Below are positions 1 through 10,034 of a DNA stretch of 64,000 bases, piece by piece. Source of the DNA: an uncultured bacterium (GTDB taxonomy: Bacteria; Patescibacteriota; Minisyncoccia; Phycocordibacterales; CAIZLB01). The position numbers and the translations under genes are program-made. The notes under the pieces are model-generated. The model did not search any database. It worked only from the letters and a program-made list of their open reading frames with translations, and had not been told where the DNA came from. Each line of letters begins with the position of its first letter. Within the stretch, counting starts at the first letter, position 1. The stretch is from contig CAIZVZ010000012.1 in the NCBI GenBank assembly GCA_903936565.1, forward strand, positions 3,778-67,777, read 5' to 3'.

Positions 1-114
1 TATTGCATTTCTATAGATATTGGATTATCATATTGACAATGTTCGTAAAGCATTGGATGTAAGTCCAACCTGTTTAACCGCGGCATTAGAGCTGCAAGCG
101 GGCAATAGTAGAAG

Positions 115-135
115 CACTCCTAACGGGGTGTTTTT
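115..135 (+). terminator. intrinsic terminator-like hairpin (cactcc-taac-ggggtg) followed by TTTTT
   Basis: 6-bp stem with one G-U pair, then a T5 run; lies upstream of trmD and probably ends an upstream gene outside the window. Confidence 0.4.
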
Positions 136-206
136 GCTTGGTTGAAAAGTGAGAAATACGAGTCCATGGACTTAAGCCCCCATTTGTGGCATTATTCTAA
201 TAATCT

Positions 207-944
207 ATGCGATATCATTTAATATCATTATTTCCGGAATCAACAACTTCATATCTAAATGAGTCTATTTTGGCGCGTGCACAAGAGAATAAGTTGATAT
301 CATTTCACTATTACAACCCAAGAACTTTTGTTAAGCCTACCAAGGCTCAGAAGGAAAAAAACAAACCATATCTCCAGGTTGATGATAAAGCCTACGGTGG
401 AGGTCCTGGAATGATTATCAAGGCTCTACCTATTGCCAAAGCGATAGAGAAGGCGTTGAAGTTTGCTACCAAGAAGAAAGATTTTACAAAAGAACTCATT
501 GTGTTTCTATCTCCATCTGGGGAGCAATTTACTAATACCTCCGCTACAAAAATGGCAGAGAAATTCTCTGATATTATATTCATATGTGGAAGATATGAAG
601 GGGTGGATGCACGTGTGAAGAAAATGTTTAAAATGAAGGACTATTCAGTTGGTCCATTTGTGACAACAGGCGGGGAGTTGCCAGCGATGATTATGATTGA
701 TTCAATCTCTCGTCAAATTGAAGGGGTTTTGGGAAAGTTTACCAGCAGGGAAGAGTCACGTGATGCATCGAAGGATGTTTATACTAGGCCAGAAACTGTG
801 GAATTTAATGGTAAAAAATACAAAGTCCCCCAAATCCTTTTGAGCGGTGATCACAAAAAAATTGAAGGGTGGAGAAATGATAGAAGGGGAGGAATAAAGG
901 AGGGCTCAAAAGATGTACAAAAAGAAGGAATTAATACAAATTAA
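207..944 (+). CDS. trmD: tRNA (guanine37-N1)-methyltransferase TrmD with a short Gly/Lys-rich C-terminal tail
   Basis: N-terminus MRYHLISLFPE... and overall TrmD-like layout (SPOUT fold, YGGGPGM glycine-rich loop); 245 aa. Confidence 0.8.
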   Translation: MRYHLISLFPESTTSYLNESILARAQENKLISFHYYNPRTFVKPTKAQKEKNKPYLQVDDKAYGGGPGMIIKALPIAKAIEKALKFATKKKDFTKELIVFLSPSGEQFTNTSATKMAEKFSDIIFICGRYEGVDARVKKMFKMKDYSVGPFVTTGGELPAMIMIDSISRQIEGVLGKFTSREESRDASKDVYTRPETVEFNGKKYKVPQILLSGDHKKIEGWRNDRRGGIKEGSKDVQKEGINTN

Positions 945-952
945 TTATATCT

Positions 953-1786
953 ATGCTTGGTAAAATACTATCTACTATTGAATTAAAACGAGGAAGTAAA
1001 AATTATCTTTGGAAATGCCTTGTTTGGATAAAAGACAAGATTTGGGTAATTGCTAAGAAAAGTTATACAGAGTCTGTTTTCTTCATCAGTTGGCTATCGG
1101 CTGAGGATTTTAAAAATAGACCTGTAGATAAGTTCTACAAAATATCCTTTTGTATTACTTGTATGAACAGGGCTGGGCACATTAAAAAGACTTTGCTGAA
1201 AAACATTCGTAATAATATTGACTATCCAAGCGTAGAATTTGTCCTTTTGGACTATAACTCTAAGGATGATTTGGAGTCTTGGGTTAAGGATAATTTAAAG
1301 GATTATATAAAATCTGGTGTCCTTAAATATTTTCAGACAAAAGAGCCGAAATATTTTCACATGAGTAAGGCAAAAAATATGTCTCACCGTTTTGCTACTG
1401 GCAATATCGTATGTAACTTGGATGCTGATAATTTTACAGGGAAGAATTTTGCATACTTTATAAATTATGTTTTAAACAAAAAACCAAAATCCGTTGGTTC
1501 ATGCAGGGGACATGCTTACAGTGAAAAATTCTTTGATGACCTTGGAATAAGTGGTCGAATATTTCTATTTAAAAAATATTTTGATTTAATTGGTGGATAC
1601 GATGAGTCTTTTGTTGGATGGGCTGCTGAAGATAGTGATTTTGTCGCTAAAGCCAAGAAGCTTGGTCTACATGAGTATGTGATACCGCTTTGCTATCTAC
1701 GAACCGTTAAGCATAGTCATAAAATTAGATTGGAAAACTATGAACCCGATGTTGTTAAGCGATCTCCATTATTAGGATGGAAATGA
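953..1786 (+). CDS. glycosyltransferase family 2-like protein (paralog A)
   Basis: FCITCMNR...LLDYNS...NLDADN (DxD-like) motifs typical of GT-A fold enzymes; N-terminal hydrophobic segment. Confidence 0.5.
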   Translation: MLGKILSTIELKRGSKNYLWKCLVWIKDKIWVIAKKSYTESVFFISWLSAEDFKNRPVDKFYKISFCITCMNRAGHIKKTLLKNIRNNIDYPSVEFVLLDYNSKDDLESWVKDNLKDYIKSGVLKYFQTKEPKYFHMSKAKNMSHRFATGNIVCNLDADNFTGKNFAYFINYVLNKKPKSVGSCRGHAYSEKFFDDLGISGRIFLFKKYFDLIGGYDESFVGWAAEDSDFVAKAKKLGLHEYVIPLCYLRTVKHSHKIRLENYEPDVVKRSPLLGWK

Positions 1787-1889
1787 GATAAAGTGGCAAG
1801 ATTAAACAAGATAATTCATTGATAGCCAAAAAGTAAACAGTTTAATATAATGGTAATTAGTATCTGTTAAGGATATATAAACAAATTTT

Positions 1890-2717
1890 ATGCTAAGTAG
1901 AATACTGTCAATCATTGAGTCAAAAAGAGTTAGTAAAAATTATATCTTTAAATTTATCGTCTGGACAAAAGATGTGATTTGGAGGGTTACGAAGTGGTTT
2001 TATACAAAGTCAGTTTTCTTCATCAGTTGGATTTCCACACATAATTATAAGAATAAGCCAGTAGATAAGCTTTATAAAATATCTTTTTGTATAACTTGCA
2101 TGAATAGAGCGGAGCATATAAAAAAGACATTATTAAAAAACATTCGTAATAATATTGATTATCCAAATCTGGAGTTTGTCCTTTTGGACTACAATTCTAA
2201 GGACGACTTGGAATCTTGGGTTAAGAGCAATCTGAATGAATATATAAAGTCAGGTGTACTTAAATATTTTCAAACGAGAGAGCCTAAGTATTTTCATGTC
2301 AGTAAGGCCAAGAATATGGTACATAGATTTGCAACGGGCAATATTGTGTGCAACTTAGATGCGGATAACTATACCGGTAAAGATTTTGCGTACTTAATAA
2401 ATTACATCTTAAACAAAAAGCCAAAGTCTGTTGGCTCATGTATGGGGTATACTTATAGTGATAAATTCTTTGATAATTTTGGAATTGGTGGCAGAATATT
2501 CTTGTTTAAGAAATACTTTGACCAAATCGGGGGGTATGATGAGTCCTTCGTGGGGTGGAACTATGAAGATAGTGATTTCGTTACCAAAGCCAAGAAACTT
2601 GGTCTACATGAGTATATTATACCCCTATGTTATTTAAGGACTATAAAACATAGTCACAAGATGAGATTGGAGAACTATGATCCAGAAATTGCTAGAAAGT
2701 CCCCATTGTTGGGGTAG
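1890..2717 (+). CDS. glycosyltransferase family 2-like protein (paralog B)
   Basis: about 80% identical to the 953-1786 product across its full length; same motifs. Confidence 0.5.
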   Translation: MLSRILSIIESKRVSKNYIFKFIVWTKDVIWRVTKWFYTKSVFFISWISTHNYKNKPVDKLYKISFCITCMNRAEHIKKTLLKNIRNNIDYPNLEFVLLDYNSKDDLESWVKSNLNEYIKSGVLKYFQTREPKYFHVSKAKNMVHRFATGNIVCNLDADNYTGKDFAYLINYILNKKPKSVGSCMGYTYSDKFFDNFGIGGRIFLFKKYFDQIGGYDESFVGWNYEDSDFVTKAKKLGLHEYIIPLCYLRTIKHSHKMRLENYDPEIARKSPLLG

Positions 2718-2843
2718 GGAGAGGTTACGTGAACATTAAATACTAAACAGCCTTAAAATAAGGCTTTAAAACCAATTTTAGGACTTGTTTATAATTGACA
2801 AAAGCCCCAAACCAATCCAAATGGAGTTGTCAACACCTTAAAA

Positions 2844-2872
2844 TTGACACCTGTGGATAAATCATATACTAT
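2844..2872 (+). promoter_or_regulatory. candidate sigma70 promoter upstream of rpoB (TTGACA-17-TACTAT)
   Basis: ttgaca at 2844-2849 and a -10-like tactat at 2867-2872, about 85 nt before the rpoB ATG. Confidence 0.25.
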
Positions 2873-2957
2873 AAGGGTCTGCGTAAAGACGATTGAGTTT
2901 TGCTGCTCTTTCGCGGGCTCATTTTTACCAATTCTCGTTTAATTAAATAGACGCTTT

Positions 2958-5900
2958 ATGATACGTCCCAAAAAGTATTTTTCACGTTTTAAGGAGCCGC
3001 TAGCGCCGCTTCCCAATTTAGTAGAGGCACAACTAGAATCGTTTAAATGGTTACTAGACAAGGGTATATCAGAAGTGTTCAGTGAATTTTCATCAATACA
3101 AGACTACTCAGGCAAGAAGTTTGAGTTGGATTTTTTTGATTTTCAATTAGAAAAACCAAAGTTTGATGAATTTTATGCAAAGGACAATAAAGTGAACTTT
3201 GAAGCACCTCTTAAGGTCATGGTTCGCCTAAAAAACAAAATCTTAAACACAACGAAAGAGCAAGAAATCTTCGTTGCTGATTTTCCTTTGATGACTGATC
3301 ACGGAACTTTTATTATAAATGGTATTGAAAGACTTATCGTTCCTCAGCTTGCCCGTTCATATGGAGTATTTTTTACTTCACAAGAATTGAAGGGTAAGAC
3401 ATACTTTGGAGCAAAAATTATCCCTGCACGTGGTGCTTGGATTGAAATTGATACTGATGCAGATCACACTGTATATGTAAGAATGGACAGAAAGCGAAAG
3501 TTCCCTGTAACTTCACTTTTGCGTGTGTTCGGAGCTGAAACTGATACAGATATAAAGGCTTTGTTTAAAGACAATCCATTAGCCCTTCCTTTTATTGAAT
3601 CTACTCTAGCAAAGGATCATGCTAAGACAAAAGATGAGGCTTATATAGAAATTCACAGAAAGATGCGTGATGGTGAGCTTGCAACAGCAGACAACGCTCG
3701 TGAATATGTTGACTCACTACTTAAATCAGCTGAGAGATATGATTTGTCAAAGGTAGGACGTTTCCGTTTCAATCAAAGATTTGGAAAGCCTATGGATGAA
3801 AAGTCTGTGTCTATCATGACACTTAGCTTGGATGACTTGGCTGTTACAATAAATAAAATTATTGAACTTGCTCACAATCCAGCTTCTGTTCAAGACGATG
3901 TTGACCACTTAGGATCACGTCGTGTTAGATACGTTGGAGAAATGCTTCAAGCAAAAATTAGAATTGGTATGACTCAAATCAAGAGAAACATTCAGAACAG
4001 AATGTCTACTATTGATACTGATGCAAATCTTCCAATTCAATTTATTTCACCTCGTCCACTCCAAGCTCGTATAAAGGAATTCTACACTACAAACCAATTG
4101 TCACAATTCATGAGTCAAGAAAATATTCTTGCTGAAATTGAGCACTTGCGTAGAATTTCTGCCCTTGGTCCCGGCGGACTAACAAGAGAGCGTGCTGGAG
4201 TTGAAGTTCGTGACGTTCATGCATCTCACTACGGTAGAATTTGTCCAATTCACACGCCTGAGGGTCAAAACATTGGTCTTGTTCTTCAGCTTGCTATGTA
4301 TGCAAGAATCAATCACTTCGGAATGATTGAGACTCCATATGTAAAGGTTGCAAAAGGAAAGGTTACAAAAGAGGTTGTTTACCTTAACGCACTTGAGGAA
4401 GAAGGATGTAAAATTGCTCACGCCACAACTGACTATGATAAGGATGGCAACATCGCAAAAGATACATTGGAAGTTAGAATCAACGGTGAGCCTGCTGTGG
4501 TTTCAAAAGATGAAGTAGAATATATTGACGTTTCAACAGATCAAGCATTCTCTATTTCAACTTCTATGATTCCGTTCCTGAACCATGACAACGCACAAAG
4601 AGCGCTGATGGCCTCAAACATGCAGAAGCAAGCTACTCCATGTATCGTTCCTGAAGCTCCACTTGTAGCAACTGGTATTGAAGAAAAAGCAGCGGTTGAC
4701 ACAGGACGTGTAATTATCGCACCAGAGGACGGTCTTATTATTGGAGTTGATGCAAAGAAGGTGGTGCTACGTGGAAAGAAGGATCATGAGTTCAAGCTTG
4801 TGAACTTCAGTAGAACAAACCAATTCACAGCATTTCACCAACGTCCTACGGTAAGTATTGGACAAAAGGTTAAGAGAGGTGATGTTCTTGCTGATACTTC
4901 AACTTCTGTTGAAGGACAAATGGCTCTTGGACAAAACTGTCTTGTTGCTTTCATGACATGGTCTGGAGCAAACTTTGAAGACGCTATTATTCTATCAGAG
5001 AGACTAGTTAAGGAATCGAAATTTACGACTGTTCATATTGAAGAGTTTGTTATTAATGTTCGCGATACTAAGCTTGGTCCAGAAGTTACTACTCACGACA
5101 TTCCAAACGTTGGAGAAAATAGACTGAAGAATTTGGACGTTGATGGAATCGTTCGAGTTGGAGCGGAGGTTAGACCAGGAGACATTATTGTTGGAAAAAT
5201 TACTCCAAAGAGTGAGACTCAACTAACACCTGAAGAGAGGCTACTTAGATCAATCTTTGGTGAGAAATCAAGAGATGTTAAAGATACATCAAAGAGACTA
5301 GAAAACGGAAAGCGTGGACGTATTATAAGTGTAAAGATTTTCTCAAGAGAAAGAGGAGATAAACTAGAGTCAGGAATTATTAAAAGAATTCACATCGAAG
5401 TTGCACTTTTGCGTTCAGTTTCTGTTGGAGATAAGTTGGCTGGACGTCACGGTAACAAGGGAGTTATCTCACGTGTTCTTCCGGTTGAAGATATGCCATT
5501 CATGGCAGACGGAACTCCAGTTGATGTGATTCTTACACCGCTCGGTGTTCCATCACGTATGAACCTTGGACAGATTCTTGAACTTCACTTAGGTTTGGCT
5601 GCAAACAAGATGGGTTATCAAGCAATAGTTCCTCCATTTATCGGCGCAACATCTGATGAAATTAAGTCAGAGCTTGTTGCTGCTGGATACAATGAAAACG
5701 GAAAGATGAAATTATTTGATGGTAGAACCGGAGAGAAATTTGCACAGGACATCGCTGTTGGATATATGTATATTTTGAAACTTCACCACATGGTTGAGGA
5801 CAAGATTCACATGCGTTCCATCGGTCCTTACTCTCTAATTACTCAACAACCTCTAGGAGGAAAGGCGCAAGGTGGAGGACAGAGATTTGGAGAAATGGAA

Positions 5901-6167
5901 GTCTGGGCACTAGCGGGATACGGCGCAGCCCACGCTCTTCGAGAAATGCTTACAATCAAATCTGACGATATACAAGGTAGAACTCAAGCCTTTGACTCAA
6001 TCGTTAAGGGACACAAATTGTTGGATCCAAATACCCCAGCATCATTCAACGTGCTTCTTTCAAACCTTAGAGGTCTTGGAGTTGATGTTGAATTGAACAA
6101 AGATTCAACCGATCTTGAAAATGAAGTGGTCGCATATGAGCAAGCGGTAGCCGAGGAAAACAATTAA
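2958..6167 (+). CDS. rpoB: DNA-directed RNA polymerase beta subunit (compact, 1069 aa)
   Basis: numerous conserved RpoB blocks, e.g. GRHGNKGV, QRFGEMEVWALEAYGAA. Confidence 0.95.
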   Translation: MIRPKKYFSRFKEPLAPLPNLVEAQLESFKWLLDKGISEVFSEFSSIQDYSGKKFELDFFDFQLEKPKFDEFYAKDNKVNFEAPLKVMVRLKNKILNTTKEQEIFVADFPLMTDHGTFIINGIERLIVPQLARSYGVFFTSQELKGKTYFGAKIIPARGAWIEIDTDADHTVYVRMDRKRKFPVTSLLRVFGAETDTDIKALFKDNPLALPFIESTLAKDHAKTKDEAYIEIHRKMRDGELATADNAREYVDSLLKSAERYDLSKVGRFRFNQRFGKPMDEKSVSIMTLSLDDLAVTINKIIELAHNPASVQDDVDHLGSRRVRYVGEMLQAKIRIGMTQIKRNIQNRMSTIDTDANLPIQFISPRPLQARIKEFYTTNQLSQFMSQENILAEIEHLRRISALGPGGLTRERAGVEVRDVHASHYGRICPIHTPEGQNIGLVLQLAMYARINHFGMIETPYVKVAKGKVTKEVVYLNALEEEGCKIAHATTDYDKDGNIAKDTLEVRINGEPAVVSKDEVEYIDVSTDQAFSISTSMIPFLNHDNAQRALMASNMQKQATPCIVPEAPLVATGIEEKAAVDTGRVIIAPEDGLIIGVDAKKVVLRGKKDHEFKLVNFSRTNQFTAFHQRPTVSIGQKVKRGDVLADTSTSVEGQMALGQNCLVAFMTWSGANFEDAIILSERLVKESKFTTVHIEEFVINVRDTKLGPEVTTHDIPNVGENRLKNLDVDGIVRVGAEVRPGDIIVGKITPKSETQLTPEERLLRSIFGEKSRDVKDTSKRLENGKRGRIISVKIFSRERGDKLESGIIKRIHIEVALLRSVSVGDKLAGRHGNKGVISRVLPVEDMPFMADGTPVDVILTPLGVPSRMNLGQILELHLGLAANKMGYQAIVPPFIGATSDEIKSELVAAGYNENGKMKLFDGRTGEKFAQDIAVGYMYILKLHHMVEDKIHMRSIGPYSLITQQPLGGKAQGGGQRFGEMEVWALAGYGAAHALREMLTIKSDDIQGRTQAFDSIVKGHKLLDPNTPASFNVLLSNLRGLGVDVELNKDSTDLENEVVAYEQAVAEENN

Positions 6168-6180
6168 TTCAACCACTAAT

Positions 6181-9100
6181 ATGAATATAAAAAATCCATT
6201 AAACGCAAAGCATAAAGAAAAGGGAATAGATGATTTTGAATCTATCGTTCTTAAAATTGCATCACCTGATAAGGTTAGAGATTGGTCATATGGCGAGGTT
6301 ACAAAGCCGGAGACAATGAACTATAGAACTCAAAGAAGTGAGAAAAATGGTTTGTTCGATGAGAAAATCTTTGGACCTGAAAGAGACTGGGAATGTTATT
6401 GTGGAAAGTACAAGGGAATTAGATACAAGGGAATTGTTTGTGAAAAATGTGGTGTTGAATTAACTCGTTCAATTGTAAGACGTGAGAGAATGGGTCACAT
6501 TGAACTATGTGTTCCCGTTTCTCATATTTGGTACCTAAGAACAATGCCTTCTCGTATAGCTCAGGTTTTGGGAATGAGTCAAGGAGATGTCGAGAAAGTT
6601 GTATACTTTGCTGGATACTTGATTACAAATGTTAATGAAGAGGAAAAGAACAGACTTCTTAAAGAGCTCGATGGTGAGTTTAAGAATAAAGTTAAGACAG
6701 TTACTGATGAAAAAACAAAGGAGGCTCTAACTGAACTATTAATGTCTGCAAAGCGTGACATTGAGAGTATTCAAGTTGGTAGAGTTTTGGATGAAAATCA
6801 ATATCACAAATTCTCACTACGTTTTGGTGTAGCATTTGAAGCTGGAATTGGAGCTGAGGCAGTATTCAATATTTTCAAAAATCTTGATTTGTCAAAACTT
6901 TTGGTTCAATTAGAAGTTGACTATACAAAAGTTTCTGCTGCAGATCGTGAGAAGATGATTAAGAGACTTGCTCTAGTTAAGTCAATGGTTCGCTCAAAGA
7001 TTCGTCCAGAGTGGATGTTTATTACAGCACTTCCTGTTATCCCAGCTGCACTTCGTCCCATGGTTGCCCTTGAAGGAGGCCGTCACGCAACTTCAGATGT
7101 TAACGACCTATACAGACGTGTTATCAACAGAAACAATCGTCTAAAGAAGCTAAAAGAAATTAATGCTCCTGACGTAATTCTCCGAAACGAAAAGCGTATC
7201 TTGCAAGAAGCTGTTGATGCTTTGATTGATAATACAATCAGACATGGTAATGCATCTTTTGCAGGATTAAACGCAGCTCAGAGACGTCCACTTAAATCTC
7301 TTGCGGATAACCTAAAGGGAAAGAGAGGATTGTTCAGACAAAACCTACTTGGAAAGCGTGTTGATTACTCTGGACGTTCTGTTATCGTCGTTGGTCCAAA
7401 TCTTAAGCTAGATCAATGTGGAGTTCCAAAGCACATGGCGCTTGAGTTGTTCAGACCATTCGTTGTTTCTGAACTTATCAAGAAAGAGATGGCGTTCAAC
7501 ATTAGAGGAGCATCAAGACTAATTGATGATGGTATTCCTGAAGTTTGGGCAATTCTTGAAAACGTTATTAAGGAGAAATATGTTCTTCTAAACCGTGCTC
7601 CAACACTTCACCGTCTTTCAATTCAAGCTTTTAGACCTGTACTTATTGAAGGAAATGCCATTCAACTTCACCCACTAGTTTGTTCTCCCTTTAACGCGGA
7701 CTTCGATGGAGACACAATGGCCATCCACGTTCCACTTTCAGAGGAAGCTCAAATGGAGGCTAAAGAAATAATGGCAGCTGATAAGAACATTCTAAAGCCA
7801 GGATCAGGAGATCCAACTGTAACTGCAAAGCTTTTGGATATTGTTCTTGGATCATTCTGGATGTCTAGATTTGTAGAAGGAGAAAAAGGTGAAGGAAATT
7901 ACTATGGAAGTATTGATGACGCTATTCAGGCACTTAGCTTCAACGCACTTTCTTACAGAGCAAAAATTCACATTATTGCACCTGATGAAGATAAGTATGG
8001 AGAAGATCGAGGAAAAATGATTGAGACAAGTATTGGTAGAGTTTTGTTCAACAATGTGTTGCCAGCTAGTCACCCATTCATAAATAAGGAGATTACAAAA
8101 TCAATCTTGAATAATATCATTGACGATATTATTACAGAGCAAGGACTTACAAAGGTTGCACCATTTATCGACGCCCTTAAGGACTTTGGATTCAAATATC
8201 TAACAGAGTCTGGTGTTACTTGGAGTATGGACGATATTAACGTTCCAGAAGGTAAGGCTGAACTTGTAAAAATTGCAGAAGGAAAATCATTGGAAGTTCT
8301 TGAACAATACAATGAAGGTCTTCTATCAAAAGAAGAGAAGCATAGAAAGAACGTTTCTATTTGGCAAGATACAAAATCTCAAATTGAGAAATTAGTTGGA
8401 GAAGGGTTGGATAAAAATGGTCCTGTCTATGATATGGTTATCTCAGGAGCCAGAGGTTCTATGGGTCAACTTAACCAAATGGTTGGTATGGCTGGACTTA
8501 TTGCCAACGCTCAAGGAGAGACATTGGAGCTTCCAATTATCTCATCTTTCAAAGAAGGATTTTCACCTGTTGAATACTTCATCTCATCTCACGGTGCAAG
8601 AAAGGGTATGACTGACACAGCGCTTAACACCGCAAAGTCAGGATATCTAACTAGAAAGCTATTCGTTGTTGCACAAAGTGTGATGATTACAGAAGAGGAT
8701 TGTGGAACAAAAGAAGGGATCGTCGTAAACAAAGTTGGTTCATCGGGAATTAGTCTAACAATGCTAAAGATTGCAACCGGACGTGTTCTTGCAAAGGATA
8801 TTACGAACTCTGAGGGAGAGGTTCTATTCAAGAGAAACCACATGATTACAAAGGAGGATGCAAAACTACTTGATAAGCAAGGTATATCAGAAATATTTGT
8901 TAGATCTCCGCTTTCATGTAAGACACCAGGAGGAATTTGTAGAATGTGTTATGGATCAGACCTAGGACGTGGCGCACTTGTTGAGACAGGAGAAGCTGTT
9001 GGAACAATTGCTGCTCAAGCCGTTGGAGAGCCTGGAACACAGCTAACTATGCGTACTTTCCACTCAGGAGGAGTTGCTATCGTTGGAGGAGACATCACAG

Positions 9101-9885
9101 CTGGACTTCCTCGTGTTGAAGAAATTTTCGAAAAGAGAAATCCAAAGAACGCTGCGGTTGTTGTATCACACGATGGTATGATTACAGACATCAGAGAAGT
9201 TGGAAAGGAGAAAATCTTTAAGCTTCTTCCAGATGTTCCTACAAAGAGTAGGAAAGGAGCTGAGATTGAATTCTCATGTCACTATGCCCGTGTTGCGCTA
9301 GTTAAAATCGGACAACATGTTTCAAAGGGTGACATTATAACTGACGGTCACGCAAGTATCGAAGATCTGTTCGAATACGCAGGTCAAGCTCGTACACAGG
9401 AATATATTATTTCTGAAGTAAAGAAGATTTACGAACTACAGGGAGAAAATGTTTCAAGAAAGCACATCGAAATTATTGTTCGCCAAATGTTCTCACGTAT
9501 AAAGATTAAGGTTGCAGGAGACACTCAATTTGCTGTCGGAGACATAGTTGAGCAATTCGAGTTGGATCAAGAAAACGCTAGAGTAAAAGATCTTGTAAAA
9601 GGGGGAGAGTTTATCGAAGCCAAGGGAGATCCAATTGTACTTGGTATTACAGAAGCCTCACTCACAAGAAGAAGCTTCCTTTCAGCTGCTTCATTCCAAC
9701 ACACAAACAGAATGCTTATTAACGCTTCACTTAAGGCGCAAAAGGATCCATTGTACGGAATTATGGAAAACGTAATTATCGGAAGATTGATTCCAGCTGG
9801 TTCAGGATTCAAGGGAAGTGAGAAGTGGAAAATGATTGAGAAACTACGTGAGATAGTTTTGGAGGAAGAGGGATTCTTGGAATAG
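6181..9885 (+). CDS. rpoC: DNA-directed RNA polymerase beta-prime subunit
   Basis: zinc-binding CxxC...CxxC N-terminus, catalytic NADFDGD motif and conserved C-terminal blocks. Confidence 0.95.
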   Translation: MNIKNPLNAKHKEKGIDDFESIVLKIASPDKVRDWSYGEVTKPETMNYRTQRSEKNGLFDEKIFGPERDWECYCGKYKGIRYKGIVCEKCGVELTRSIVRRERMGHIELCVPVSHIWYLRTMPSRIAQVLGMSQGDVEKVVYFAGYLITNVNEEEKNRLLKELDGEFKNKVKTVTDEKTKEALTELLMSAKRDIESIQVGRVLDENQYHKFSLRFGVAFEAGIGAEAVFNIFKNLDLSKLLVQLEVDYTKVSAADREKMIKRLALVKSMVRSKIRPEWMFITALPVIPAALRPMVALEGGRHATSDVNDLYRRVINRNNRLKKLKEINAPDVILRNEKRILQEAVDALIDNTIRHGNASFAGLNAAQRRPLKSLADNLKGKRGLFRQNLLGKRVDYSGRSVIVVGPNLKLDQCGVPKHMALELFRPFVVSELIKKEMAFNIRGASRLIDDGIPEVWAILENVIKEKYVLLNRAPTLHRLSIQAFRPVLIEGNAIQLHPLVCSPFNADFDGDTMAIHVPLSEEAQMEAKEIMAADKNILKPGSGDPTVTAKLLDIVLGSFWMSRFVEGEKGEGNYYGSIDDAIQALSFNALSYRAKIHIIAPDEDKYGEDRGKMIETSIGRVLFNNVLPASHPFINKEITKSILNNIIDDIITEQGLTKVAPFIDALKDFGFKYLTESGVTWSMDDINVPEGKAELVKIAEGKSLEVLEQYNEGLLSKEEKHRKNVSIWQDTKSQIEKLVGEGLDKNGPVYDMVISGARGSMGQLNQMVGMAGLIANAQGETLELPIISSFKEGFSPVEYFISSHGARKGMTDTALNTAKSGYLTRKLFVVAQSVMITEEDCGTKEGIVVNKVGSSGISLTMLKIATGRVLAKDITNSEGEVLFKRNHMITKEDAKLLDKQGISEIFVRSPLSCKTPGGICRMCYGSDLGRGALVETGEAVGTIAAQAVGEPGTQLTMRTFHSGGVAIVGGDITAGLPRVEEIFEKRNPKNAAVVVSHDGMITDIREVGKEKIFKLLPDVPTKSRKGAEIEFSCHYARVALVKIGQHVSKGDIITDGHASIEDLFEYAGQARTQEYIISEVKKIYELQGENVSRKHIEIIVRQMFSRIKIKVAGDTQFAVGDIVEQFELDQENARVKDLVKGGEFIEAKGDPIVLGITEASLTRRSFLSAASFQHTNRMLINASLKAQKDPLYGIMENVIIGRLIPAGSGFKGSEKWKMIEKLREIVLEEEGFLE

Positions 9886-9939
9886 ACTCCGGTCTGAATT
9901 GATTCAAAGTAAAGTAAATCTGGTGGGTGGGTCCAAGGT

Positions 9940-10000
9940 AAGGGTACCAGGGCGATCCTCGATCGTAGTGGCGACTACCCGCGCTATAGATGAACGCGGG
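9940..10000 (+). other. GC-rich multi-hairpin element between rpoC and dnaG (terminator, attenuator or small structured RNA)
   Basis: cgatc-ctc-gatcg, tagt-ggcg-acta and cccgcg-(11 nt)-cgcggg stem-loops in an otherwise AT-rich spacer; no trailing U-run. Confidence 0.3.
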
Positions 10001-10034
10001 TGTATGGGCTAGGTCACATAAAAAATAAAAATAA

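Larger units (their letters stand above)
953..2717 (+). repeat. tandem gene duplication (two ~830-bp GT paralogs in direct orientation)
   Basis: the two ORF translations align end to end with about 80% identity. Confidence 0.85.
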
